Below, one piece after another: positions 19,191-26,991 of a DNA stretch of 32,000 nt. How positions within the stretch are numbered: position 1 is the stretch's first letter; every line of letters begins with the position of its first letter. The position numbers and the translations under genes were made by a program. This DNA comes from an uncultured Chloroflexia bacterium (GTDB taxonomy: Bacteria > Chloroflexota > Ktedonobacteria > Ktedonobacterales > JADMIN01), in contig CAVRAI010000004.1 in assembly GCA_963718915.1 (NCBI GenBank), positions 840,001 through 872,000 of the forward strand. The letters run 5' to 3'. The notes beneath the pieces were generated by a model. It had not been told where the DNA came from, did no database searches, and was given only the letters and a program-made list of their open reading frames with translations.

Positions 19191-20150
19191 ATGGCATTGA
19201 AAATGTCTCGAAGCATCTGGCGATACGCCGCGACTGCCGCCGCGCTAACGGTTGGCGGAGCGATGGCAGGTGGCGCGAGTATCGGCTATTACGTTGCCAT
19301 GAGTCTCACCAAACCCCGGCGTGCCCGTATCACTGACGAATACACCATGAGTCCTTATGAGACTGGCGCAGACTTCGAGGAGGTGACCTTCGCCTCCAGA
19401 GCGGACCACAAGCTCCGCGGCTGGTGGCTGAACCGGCCCGAGACCAATCGCGTCATTGTCGGTTGCGCGGGCTATCGCGGCAGCAAAGCGCAGTTGGTGG
19501 GAATCGGAACCATGCTCTGGCGCGCGGGCTTTAATGTGCTGCTCTTCGACTATCGCGGTCACGGCAGCGATCTTGGCGTCCCGGTGACGCTCGGCTTCCG
19601 CGAGATGGACGACTTCTTTGCCGCGCTCGACTACGCCAACAGTCGGCTGTCCAAAGCGCGTATTGGCGTATTTGGTGGCTCCATGGGGGCCGCGATTGCC
19701 ATTATGGGGTCGTCACGGCGCGATGATGTGCTGGCGGTTGTCGCCGATAGCCCATTCGCGCGGCATTCGGATGTCATTAGCTACCGCGTTCACCAACGTG
19801 TGCATCTGCCTGGCCAACCGTTTACTCGCATTTCCGATTACTTCCTCTACCGGATGGCCGGTTATCATGGCAGCGACATGGAGCCGGTGCGCTGGGTGTC
19901 GCAGCTTGCCCCGCGTCCATTGCTTGTTATTCATGGCTCCGATGATACCTCGATTCCGGTGGAGCAGGGCATCAAAGTCTATGAGGCGGCGCGCGAACCC
20001 AAGGAGCTTTGGATTGGCCAGGGCGCAGAGCACTGCGGCACCTATTTCCTGGATCGTGCGGCGTATTGCGAGCGTGTCTCATCGTTCTACGACCGCGCAC
20101 TCGGCGTCGCGCATGACCAACCGAGAACGCTCACTATGCAGGCTAATTGA
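19191..20150 (+). CDS. membrane-anchored alpha/beta-fold serine hydrolase
   Basis: 319 aa, GGAG 6 nt upstream. N-terminal TM (AAALTVGGAMAGGASIGYYVAM), nucleophile elbow GGSMGAA (19674-19688), and later VIHGSDDTSIP and GAEHC, consistent with a Ser-Asp-His triad. Confidence 0.8.
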   Translation: MALKMSRSIWRYAATAAALTVGGAMAGGASIGYYVAMSLTKPRRARITDEYTMSPYETGADFEEVTFASRADHKLRGWWLNRPETNRVIVGCAGYRGSKAQLVGIGTMLWRAGFNVLLFDYRGHGSDLGVPVTLGFREMDDFFAALDYANSRLSKARIGVFGGSMGAAIAIMGSSRRDDVLAVVADSPFARHSDVISYRVHQRVHLPGQPFTRISDYFLYRMAGYHGSDMEPVRWVSQLAPRPLLVIHGSDDTSIPVEQGIKVYEAAREPKELWIGQGAEHCGTYFLDRAAYCERVSSFYDRALGVAHDQPRTLTMQAN

Positions 20151-20286
20151 TCGGGTGTGACTCAGTAGCAAGTCTGTTCGCCCCTACTCTATGGAGTAAT
20201 GAGAGGAGATGCCGATACCAGCCATGCGGCTACTTTCCGGGAAAGTACGGGTATCTTCGCGCATGGGTGGGGTGGGGGAAGAAAGC

Positions 20287-21561
20287 ATGGAGCGACAGGA
20301 ATCAACGGGGGGATCGCCGATACGGAGATTTGTGCAGCGCATCCCACTGATTCGGATAGTGGTGACGCTGCTTGTGGGACTTATCGCGTTTCAAGCGGCG
20401 CTTATTACTGTGCTCACCCTCCTTTCGAGACGGCGTTGGCAGCGGCTGCCGTCCGGTGGTTTCCCTCATCTGCGTCTGCCAGAACTGACCGCGGGCGATA
20501 ATCGGCTGCAAATATACAGCTACGGGGAGCATCTCTACGATGCTATGCTCGACGCGATTGACAACGCCCGCGAGAGCATCTACTTCGAAACATATCTCTG
20601 GAAAGATGATGCGATTGGCCGCGCCTTCAAGGAACGCCTCACCGCGAAGGCGGAGGAAGGGATCGCGGTCTACGTCATCTACGACACGTTCGGCAATCTC
20701 GTCGTGCCGCGCGCGTTTAAGCGATTCTCGCCTGCGATGAATGTGCTCTCATTCTGGGCGATTCGCCGTCCCTGGCATCTGCTCGATCCCCGGCGCTACG
20801 GGCTGGATCATCGCAAGTTGCTGATTGTCGACGGGTATACCGCGTTCATCGGCGGCTACAATGTGGGCGCACTCTATGCCACTCAATGGCGAGATACCCA
20901 TCTGCGGATCGTTGGGCCAGAGGCGCGAGACCTGGCCCAAGCATTTGTAAACTTCTGGAACCGCTTCTGTCGCAAGCGGGAACGTATCGCGCATGATTAC
21001 CCGCTGCGTTTCAACCCCATGGTCAACGTCTATGGCAACGATATCGCACGCATGATTTTCCCCATTCGTGACACCTATATCAGCGCGATTGACCGGGCCC
21101 AGCATCATATCAGACTGACCAACGCCTATTTTATACCTGATCACATTTTGCTCGAATCTCTTGAAGCCGCGTCCCGGCGTGGGGTCGAAGTTGAGATTCT
21201 GTTACCATGGCACTCGAATCATCTCCTCGCCGACTGGGCGGCGCGCTCGTACTTCTCGCGCTGCCTCGATGCGGGTATTCATCTGCTGGGATACCAGAAT
21301 GCGATGGTGCACGCCAAGACGTGTACCATTGACGGGCAGTGGTCAACCATCGGCACGGCAAATCTGGATCGGCTCAGCTCGATTGGCAACTACGAGATCA
21401 ACGTCGAAATCTATGATAGTCGTTTCGCCTGCCAGATGGAGCAGATGTTCGACAGCGATAAGACGAATGCGGTGGAGATTACCAGACAACGGTGGCAGCG
21501 ACGTTCACCTCTCATGCGACTAACTGAGCGCGTTCTTGGGCCACTTCGACTCATGCTCTAG
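20287..21561 (+). CDS. cls: phospholipase D family protein, cardiolipin synthase-like
   Basis: ORF 20209-21561. Likely start ATG 20287 (GGGGGAAG upstream), 424 aa. N-terminal TM (IVVTLLVGLIAFQAALITVLTLL) and two HKD motifs: HRKLLIVDG (about 20809) and HAKTCTIDGQWSTIGTANLD (about 21310). Confidence 0.85.
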   Translation: MERQESTGGSPIRRFVQRIPLIRIVVTLLVGLIAFQAALITVLTLLSRRRWQRLPSGGFPHLRLPELTAGDNRLQIYSYGEHLYDAMLDAIDNARESIYFETYLWKDDAIGRAFKERLTAKAEEGIAVYVIYDTFGNLVVPRAFKRFSPAMNVLSFWAIRRPWHLLDPRRYGLDHRKLLIVDGYTAFIGGYNVGALYATQWRDTHLRIVGPEARDLAQAFVNFWNRFCRKRERIAHDYPLRFNPMVNVYGNDIARMIFPIRDTYISAIDRAQHHIRLTNAYFIPDHILLESLEAASRRGVEVEILLPWHSNHLLADWAARSYFSRCLDAGIHLLGYQNAMVHAKTCTIDGQWSTIGTANLDRLSSIGNYEINVEIYDSRFACQMEQMFDSDKTNAVEITRQRWQRRSPLMRLTERVLGPLRLML

Positions 21562-21626
21562 CCCGATGAGGTAAGATGCAGACACAGGCGCAAGGAGGCG
21601 TAGTTGTATGAGGCTGGGAGCCAGGC

Positions 21627-22487
21627 ATGATGAATGGAAGCGAGACGGGCAAGCGCATGAAAGTGTTTATTTCAACCGACTTCGAGGGCGTCGCGGGCAT
21701 TGTGGACTGGGATCAGATCATGGTGGGAAGCTCCGACTACGACATGGGGCGACGCCTCCTTCTTGGCGAGCTCAACGCCGCGATTGATGGCGCGATTGTC
21801 GCGGGCGCGACTGAGTTTGTCGTCAACGATTCCCATAGCAGTATGCGCAATCTCCCACCTGACATGCTGCACGGGAAGGCGAGTCTGATTACTGGCAAGC
21901 ATAAGCCGATGTATATGATGGAGGGGCTGGACGCCAGTTTTGATGCGATTCTCTTTCTCGGTTACCACGGCTCAATCGGCGCCAGTCAGTCCGTGCTGAG
22001 CCACACTTACAATCCACGCGCCATCTGGCAGGTTCGTATCAACGGCGAGATTGTCGGCGAGACGGCGCTCAACGCGCTGGTGGCGGCGCACTATGGCGTA
22101 CCCATCGCACTCGTGACGGGCGACCAGGTGACGGCAGCGGAGGCGCGGGGGCTGAAGCCTGAGCCGGTCTGCGTTGAGGTCAAACGTTCGATCTCGCGCT
22201 ACGCCAGTGAGAGTCTGCACCCGGAGGTCGCGCGCGAACTCATCCACACGGGCGCACGCCTTGCGCTGACGAGCAAGAAGCCAGGTTCCGCTCCATCTTT
22301 CACGATGCCGATACGGATCGAGGTCACGTTCCTCACTGCGGATATGGCGGAGATGAGTACATGGCTGCATGGCGTGCATCTTGTGGAGAACCTGTCGCGC
22401 ACCGTGTTGATTGAGGGAGACGATCCCCTGATGTTGTTCCGCACCTTCGTCACGATGGTCATCCTCACGCGCTCGCTGGTAGAATGA
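21627..22487 (+). CDS. dppA: M55 family metallopeptidase (DppA-type D-aminopeptidase)
   Basis: 286 aa (alternative start ATG 21657). MKVFISTDFEGVAGI, VVNDSHSSMRNL, FLGYHGSIG and ALVTGD match Bacillus DppA-like proteins. Confidence 0.85.
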   Translation: MMNGSETGKRMKVFISTDFEGVAGIVDWDQIMVGSSDYDMGRRLLLGELNAAIDGAIVAGATEFVVNDSHSSMRNLPPDMLHGKASLITGKHKPMYMMEGLDASFDAILFLGYHGSIGASQSVLSHTYNPRAIWQVRINGEIVGETALNALVAAHYGVPIALVTGDQVTAAEARGLKPEPVCVEVKRSISRYASESLHPEVARELIHTGARLALTSKKPGSAPSFTMPIRIEVTFLTADMAEMSTWLHGVHLVENLSRTVLIEGDDPLMLFRTFVTMVILTRSLVE

Positions 22488-22545
22488 GGCCGCCCGCCAA
22501 TGCCGGAACTCTAAGACGAACGCTTTGCCAGATGAGGAAGATGAC

Positions 22546-23340
22546 ATGGAGATGCAGGAAGTGAATACACCAGGAGAGCGATTGAGCGCACCAATAGCGC
22601 TGGTGACGGGTGGGTCGCGTGGCATCGGAGCTGCGACCGCGCTGGCGCTGGCCGAGCGCGGCTACGACGTGCTCATCAGCTATCGCAATAAGTCTGCCCG
22701 CGCCGAGAATGTCGTGGCGCGCATCGGCGCCATCGGACGGCAGGCAAAAGCCATCTCCGCGGACATCACCGCTCCAGGAGAGCCGGATCGCCTGATCCGT
22801 GGAGTGGCCGACTGGCGCCATGGTCGTCTCGAACTGCTGGTGTTGAATGCCTCGGGCGGTCTGGAGCGTAAGCTAGTCGCCGCCGATCCGCAGTACCCTC
22901 AGCGCATCAACCGCGACGCACAGGTGGCGCTGGTCGAGGCCGCTACTCCGATCATGCCAGCGGGAAGCACGATTGTTTTCGTGACCAGCCACTGGGCGCA
23001 CCTTTATGGGCGCGTCGAGCAGCTTCCGGCGTATGAACCTGTGGCCTCCACGAAATATGCGGGAGAACAGGCGCTACGTGCCCGGCAGGACGTCCTTGCC
23101 GCGGCAGGAATCCGATTGCTCGTCGTAACCGGGGATCTGATCGAGGGCACGATTACACCAAAGCTCCTTGAGCGCGTGACGCCCGGCCTCGCAGGCTCCC
23201 GACCTACATCCACAAATCCGTTGCCAAGCACAGATGATATGGGTAGAGCAATTGCCGAGACTGCTATGGATTCCTCGCTGATGAGTGGCCAGACGGTGGT
23301 CGTTGGCAGAACGCTGGAATCCATCCCAAGACTCTCGTAA
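22546..23340 (+). CDS. SDR family oxidoreductase
   Basis: ORF from TTG 22525. ATG 22546 has GAGGAAG 5 nt upstream. 264 aa. Cofactor motif ALVTGGSRGIGAATALALAERG, NASGG. The Tyr/Lys region (YEPVASTKYAGE) is atypically spaced. Confidence 0.8.
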   Translation: MEMQEVNTPGERLSAPIALVTGGSRGIGAATALALAERGYDVLISYRNKSARAENVVARIGAIGRQAKAISADITAPGEPDRLIRGVADWRHGRLELLVLNASGGLERKLVAADPQYPQRINRDAQVALVEAATPIMPAGSTIVFVTSHWAHLYGRVEQLPAYEPVASTKYAGEQALRARQDVLAAAGIRLLVVTGDLIEGTITPKLLERVTPGLAGSRPTSTNPLPSTDDMGRAIAETAMDSSLMSGQTVVVGRTLESIPRLS

Positions 23341-23557
23341 GCTGCCGAAGCATAAACCTCTCTGGACGATGATCCCCGCGATATCCGCGTTGCCGCATGG
23401 AGCCGCCTGCTTGTAGAGGTGTGGTGGTAGAATACACGCACACTGCTCGCACCATGGTTCGCATATGGCCGACGGTCAGATTCTTGCGAATGCATAGGGT
23501 GTGTGCGGGAGAAGCTGCCACGAGGCGCGAGCATCCAGCGCCAGGGAGGTTATCCAC

Positions 23558-23851
23558 ATGACAAAGGCATTGCAGACGCCGCCGCCACAGACGAACGACC
23601 GAGAACGCTCAGCGAACGCAACGCTCAAGGCCGTCATTACGATGGTGATCGAGATGATCCCTGGTGGTCTCGGCCCGTGGGGCATTGGCGATGTCGTTAC
23701 CGCGATCGAGGCTATCGCCGGACGAACGGTTGATGGCCTGCGGCTCACTATGAACGAGCGGATGATCTACCTCGGCGCCTCGGCGATTCCTCTTGTGCCC
23801 GCACGCCCCATCCTCGCACTCTACCGGTGGATGACGAGTCCGCAACGTTAG
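23558..23851 (+). CDS. small protein with a pre-toxin TG (PT-TG)-like motif, no toxin domain
   Basis: ATG 23558 preceded by GGGAGG (spacer 8 nt), 97 aa. MIPGGLGPWGIGDVVTAIEAIAGRTVDGLRLTMNERMIYLGASAIPLVP resembles the PT-TG consensus as I recall it (iP.vG...d..e..tGkd..tGe.ls..eR......g..p). Confidence 0.45.
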   Translation: MTKALQTPPPQTNDRERSANATLKAVITMVIEMIPGGLGPWGIGDVVTAIEAIAGRTVDGLRLTMNERMIYLGASAIPLVPARPILALYRWMTSPQR

Positions 23852-23981
23852 TCTTGATAGCACAGTCAGAATTGGTAAAGGAGAGGGAGCGATACCCCCA
23901 AATAGTGCGGGATGGAGCAAGACAGGAGCAGGAAGCTGAGGATGCGTACGCGCATGTGCCACCTTGCGCTGGCGCTCAACT

Positions 23982-24464
23982 CTACGCCTGTGCCTGAACG
24001 CTTACCTCATACGTCTCGCGCGTAGGCGCTGCGGCAAACAATGGGGCAAATTTCGCCAGATGCTCCTGGTAGAAGCCAGATGACTCGTTTGCCTGGAGGT
24101 CTTCGAGCGAATCCCACGCGGTGATCGTCATACCTTTGCCCGGAGCGCTATCGACCAACAGGCGGGCGGCGCGAAAACCCTTCTGCGCTTGAGCGGCAGG
24201 AATCACTGAGTCATGAAAGATGCTGTTAGCTTCGTCGATCTTCTCGGGCTGTATCTGGACAGTGGTCACACGAGCATGCTTGTTGCTTCCCTCCTCAGAG
24301 TGTCGTTGACAGTCTTCAAGGTTCTCTTCGTCGCGTTGAGCTGTCCGTGACTCGTCCCCAGCTTCTCGGCGCATTGCAGCACATCCGGTATACGCTTGCT
24401 TGCGAGAAAGCTGAAACGTCTGATTGCGCGCCACAGCGCCGACATATATGAGGATATCTATCAC
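23982..24464 (-). CDS. ABM / dimeric alpha-beta-barrel domain protein (start uncertain)
   Basis: The C-terminal 96 aa (VTTVQIQPEKIDEANSIFHDSVIPAAQAQKGFRAARLLVD..MTITAWDSLEDLQANESSGFYQEHLAKF..) look like antibiotic-biosynthesis-monooxygenase-type proteins. The longest ORF starts at GTG 24464. Alternatives are ATG 24374 and GTG 24269. None has a good SD. Confidence 0.6.
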   Translation of the reverse strand: MIDILIYVGAVARNQTFQLSRKQAYTGCAAMRREAGDESRTAQRDEENLEDCQRHSEEGSNKHARVTTVQIQPEKIDEANSIFHDSVIPAAQAQKGFRAARLLVDSAPGKGMTITAWDSLEDLQANESSGFYQEHLAKFAPLFAAAPTRETYEVSVQAQA

Positions 24465-24608
24465 AGCTCATAGGCACTTTTTATGGTAGATCCTGGGGAA
24501 GCGTTCATATACACCGTGCCCACAGCGCCCGTTTTGTATTCGACCACGGTTCAGAACGGCGTACCATGAGTGGGACTTCCCCGGTAACCTCGACTGCCGC
24601 CTCGGGCG

Positions 24609-25091
24609 GTGTCAAATCCCTGTTTGGCGGTGCGAAAGGCATCGCCATCGCCGTCTCTGCCGCCGTCGTTGCTGACAGGGTTCATCAAAGGCGCCATTTC
24701 GAAGACTGGCGGCGACCACCCTTCAGTGCAGGGTTGGTATGGGAACTTCTTGCAGCAGTTTGTTCTCCCAAACGCGGGCCTGTTCTCGTTCCTGGTGACC
24801 TGGGGAGAGCTTGCCGTCGGCCTGGGGATACTCCTGGGCGCGCTCACCGGGATTGCCTCGGGGTTTGGCGTGTTGATGAACCTGAACTATCTGCTCGCCG
24901 GTACGGTCAGCATCAATCCAGTCCTGGGAACGTTCGGGCTTTTCTTGTGCTTCTCCTGGCGGGTCTGCGGCCTCATCGGGCTGGACCGCTGGCTCCTGCC
25001 GCTGTTGGGGCTACCGTGGAAGCCAGGGTCGCTCTTCCGAGAGCCGGAGGCAGACGCTCCATCGTCAACCGCATCGCCTACTGCCACATAA
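24609..25091 (+). CDS. DoxX/DoxD-like membrane protein (N-terminus unresolved)
   Basis: LLTGFIKGAISK.., VTWGELAVGLGILLGALTGIASGFGVLMNLNYLLAG, FGLFLCFSWRVCGLIGLDRWLLP resemble the DoxX family. No candidate start (GTG 24609, TTG 24624, GTG 24630) has an SD, and the first TM helix is weak. Confidence 0.5.
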   Translation: MSNPCLAVRKASPSPSLPPSLLTGFIKGAISKTGGDHPSVQGWYGNFLQQFVLPNAGLFSFLVTWGELAVGLGILLGALTGIASGFGVLMNLNYLLAGTVSINPVLGTFGLFLCFSWRVCGLIGLDRWLLPLLGLPWKPGSLFREPEADAPSSTASPTAT

Positions 25092-25215
25092 GTGGCCGCA
25101 CTCAGGTAGCTCTTATACGTCTCGCGGCAAGTTGCTGGCTCAAGGGTATGACAAGGCGACCCGGGGGGACGACTGCTTGGTGCGAGGCGATAGACTGGCC
25201 GAGAAAGCCAGATAA

Positions 25216-25291
25216 TGGCGCGCCCGAAGGGAATCGAACCCCCAACCGCCGCATCCGAAGTGCGGTGCTCTATCCGTTGAGCTACGAGCGC
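25216..25291 (-). tRNA. tRNA-Arg (anticodon UCG), CCA encoded
   Basis: Hand-folded cloverleaf on the minus strand. Acceptor GCGCTCG/CGGGCGC, D arm GCTC-AACGGAT-AGAGC, anticodon stem CCGCA/TGCGG with loop CTTCGGA, T arm GGGGG-TTCGATT-CCCTT (two G-U pairs), discriminator G, CCA. 76 nt. Confidence 0.85.
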
Positions 25292-25301
25292 TAGATATAA
25301 A

Positions 25302-25751
25302 CTACCCAACTCGATATCGATATGTACCAAATTGCTTGGCAGTTCGTCTCCGATGACAGTTAGCGCAGACAACTTCGCACTTGTCAATTTCTCGTTTGAC
25401 TCTGTCGAGCGAATAGCCATCGCGAGCGAGCACCGAAACGTCTGCCACCTTATCATGCTGGTGGTCGAACTCGAGAACGACAATATCACTCTCGCCACAG
25501 TCCACACACGGATGACTGCTAAGGTACTCGATCATGAACTCGGCATTTAGTTTGGTCAGTCTCACATGTCGTTTGTGAGCCTTCTTGAGATACGCCGGAA
25601 GATTCGCATGATAATGCGCTCTCGAGTACGTCTTGTGACAATCTTTGCATATGGCGTGGCGGATGCCAAGTGCGCTATTCTTGAACGCAAAGTCTCTATT
25701 GGCTGGGCTGGTGGCCCGCATTTGGTGCATACCTTCATGTCCATGAGGCAA
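25302..25751 (-). CDS. HNH endonuclease (apparent frameshift in the N-terminal zinc ribbon)
   Basis: HPCVDCGESDIVVLEFDHQHDK..EIDKCEVVCANCHRRRT is a classic HNH core. The TTG start at 25751 is weak. A second frame (ATG 25744) encodes MDMKVCTKCGPPAQPIE, the expected first CxxC knuckle. Stop lies 10 nt from the tRNA. Confidence 0.8.
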   Translation of the reverse strand: MPHGHEGMHQMRATSPANRDFAFKNSALGIRHAICKDCHKTYSRAHYHANLPAYLKKAHKRHVRLTKLNAEFMIEYLSSHPCVDCGESDIVVLEFDHQHDKVADVSVLARDGYSLDRVKREIDKCEVVCANCHRRRTAKQFGTYRYRVG

Positions 25752-25795
25752 CTATAACACCAGGCAGGCGATTATATAATGGGTTTTATTGCCGA

Positions 25796-26722
25796 CTATG
25801 GCTGCGAAGGGATGTCGCCTGTCTCGCGGTCGAGGCCGGTATCCTGCCAGGCGGAGGGGTCTTCGCGTGGCTCCAGGTGGGTGAAGACCGTCGTCTCGGG
25901 CAACGCGGCATGAATCGCCATCTCAAACTCCTCACAGAGGTCGTGGCCCTGCTTCACCGACCAGTCGCCAGGTACGAGCACGTGCATCGAGACAAAGCGA
26001 CGCGAGCCAGAACGGCGTGTGCGCAGCGCGTGAAATTCAATGCCTCGCGCGCGATATGGCGCCTGCGCGTCCGCGATGATCCGCTGGTCTGCCGCGGGCA
26101 GAGCGGTATCCATCAATCCGAGGCCGCTCTCACGCACCAGTTTCACACCGGTCCAGACGATATTTGCCGCGACAATCAGCGCGATGATCGGATCGAGGAT
26201 CAGCCAACCAGTGATGCCGACCAGGGCTACCCCCACCAGGACACCGACCGTCGTCCAGACATCAGTCAGAAGATGGCGCGAATCGGCTTGTAATGCCACC
26301 GACCTCAACCGCTTCCCTGCCTGCCCCAATACCAGCGCTACGCCTCCATTGATTGCCGCCGCGATGACCGCCACCAGCAAGCCCAGACCTACCTTCTCCA
26401 GCGGCTGAGGGTGCATGATGCGCGGTATGGCGGCGATGGCGATGCTAAAGGCGGCCAGCACGATCAGCCCCCCCTCGATGCCGCTGGCGAAGTATTCCAC
26501 CTTGGAGTGACCATAGGTATGCTCTTCGTCGGCAGGGCGGGCCGCGAGTGAGAGCGCCCAGAACGCGATTAACGCCGCCACCAGATTCACGACCGATTCG
26601 AGCGCGTCGGAAAGCAGGCCGACCGACCCCGTTACCGCGAAGGCGACAAACTTGAGCGCCATCGTCAGCACCGCCGCGCCGATTGAAAGTGTGATATATG
26701 AACGCGCTGAGGTAAATCGCAT
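25796..26722 (-). CDS. cation diffusion facilitator (CDF) family metal efflux transporter
   Basis: ORF 25796-26848. Likely start ATG 26722 (GGAG 6 nt upstream), 308 aa. LKFVAFAVTGSVGLLSDALESVVNLVAA, ADEEHTYGHSKVEYF, SRHLLTDVWTTVGVLVG, and a C-terminal cytoplasmic domain. Confidence 0.88.
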   Translation of the reverse strand: MRFTSARSYITLSIGAAVLTMALKFVAFAVTGSVGLLSDALESVVNLVAALIAFWALSLAARPADEEHTYGHSKVEYFASGIEGGLIVLAAFSIAIAAIPRIMHPQPLEKVGLGLLVAVIAAAINGGVALVLGQAGKRLRSVALQADSRHLLTDVWTTVGVLVGVALVGITGWLILDPIIALIVAANIVWTGVKLVRESGLGLMDTALPAADQRIIADAQAPYRARGIEFHALRTRRSGSRRFVSMHVLVPGDWSVKQGHDLCEEFEMAIHAALPETTVFTHLEPREDPSAWQDTGLDRETGDIPSQP

Positions 26723-26906
26723 GTAGTACTCCAGTGTATGGAAGCCATTTGCAAGAGCGCGCGTCAAAGGAGGAACCAATGCCCCGATAACATACGGTAC
26801 CACCTTGGCGTGGTTGCAGACATCCTTGGCGGGACGCGCCTCGCTCATATCCAGCCCGTAACTCAGCAGAAATCTTGATGAAATGATAAGGTAGCCTGGC
26901 GGTGCG

Positions 26907-26936
26907 TTGACATTGACCTGGGTAAACTCATACAGT
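26907..26936 (+). promoter_or_regulatory. candidate promoter of the tricorn protease gene
   Basis: TTGACA (26907-26912), 18 nt, TACAGT (26931-26936). Followed by the inverted repeat GGCATGC (26944-26950) / GCATGCC (26958-26964) in the leader. Confidence 0.35.
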
Positions 26937-26991
26937 CACATAGGGCATGCGCCAGAGGCATGCCATCCATAGTGTAGGAAGGGATGAAAGC

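Noticed and set aside
20287-21561. PLD-family protein as a nuclease-type defence effector
   Set aside because: The N-terminal TM helix, about 424-aa length, two full HKD motifs and the ESIYFETYLWKDD..IAVYVIYDTFGN pattern fit cardiolipin synthase better than Nuc/BfiI-type nucleases.
24262-24300. Out-of-frame ATG (rc of 24276-24278) behind GAGGAGGG, suggesting a 1-nt frameshift right after the start of the ABM gene
   Set aside because: The SD-to-ATG spacing is 11-12 nt, which is too long. The GAGGAGG can equally be in-frame coding sequence (E-E-G). The evidence is insufficient, so the start is left unresolved.
24566-25294. 242-aa ORF that could supply a missing first TM helix (GIAIAVSAAVV) to the DoxX-like gene through a frameshift
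   Set aside because: The ORF runs straight through the tRNA and is otherwise Arg/Pro-rich noise. The DoxX frame itself already shows an LPPSLLTGFIKGAISK segment that aligns with the family's first helix/GxxK motif. The frameshift idea is therefore not needed and cannot be supported without an alignment.
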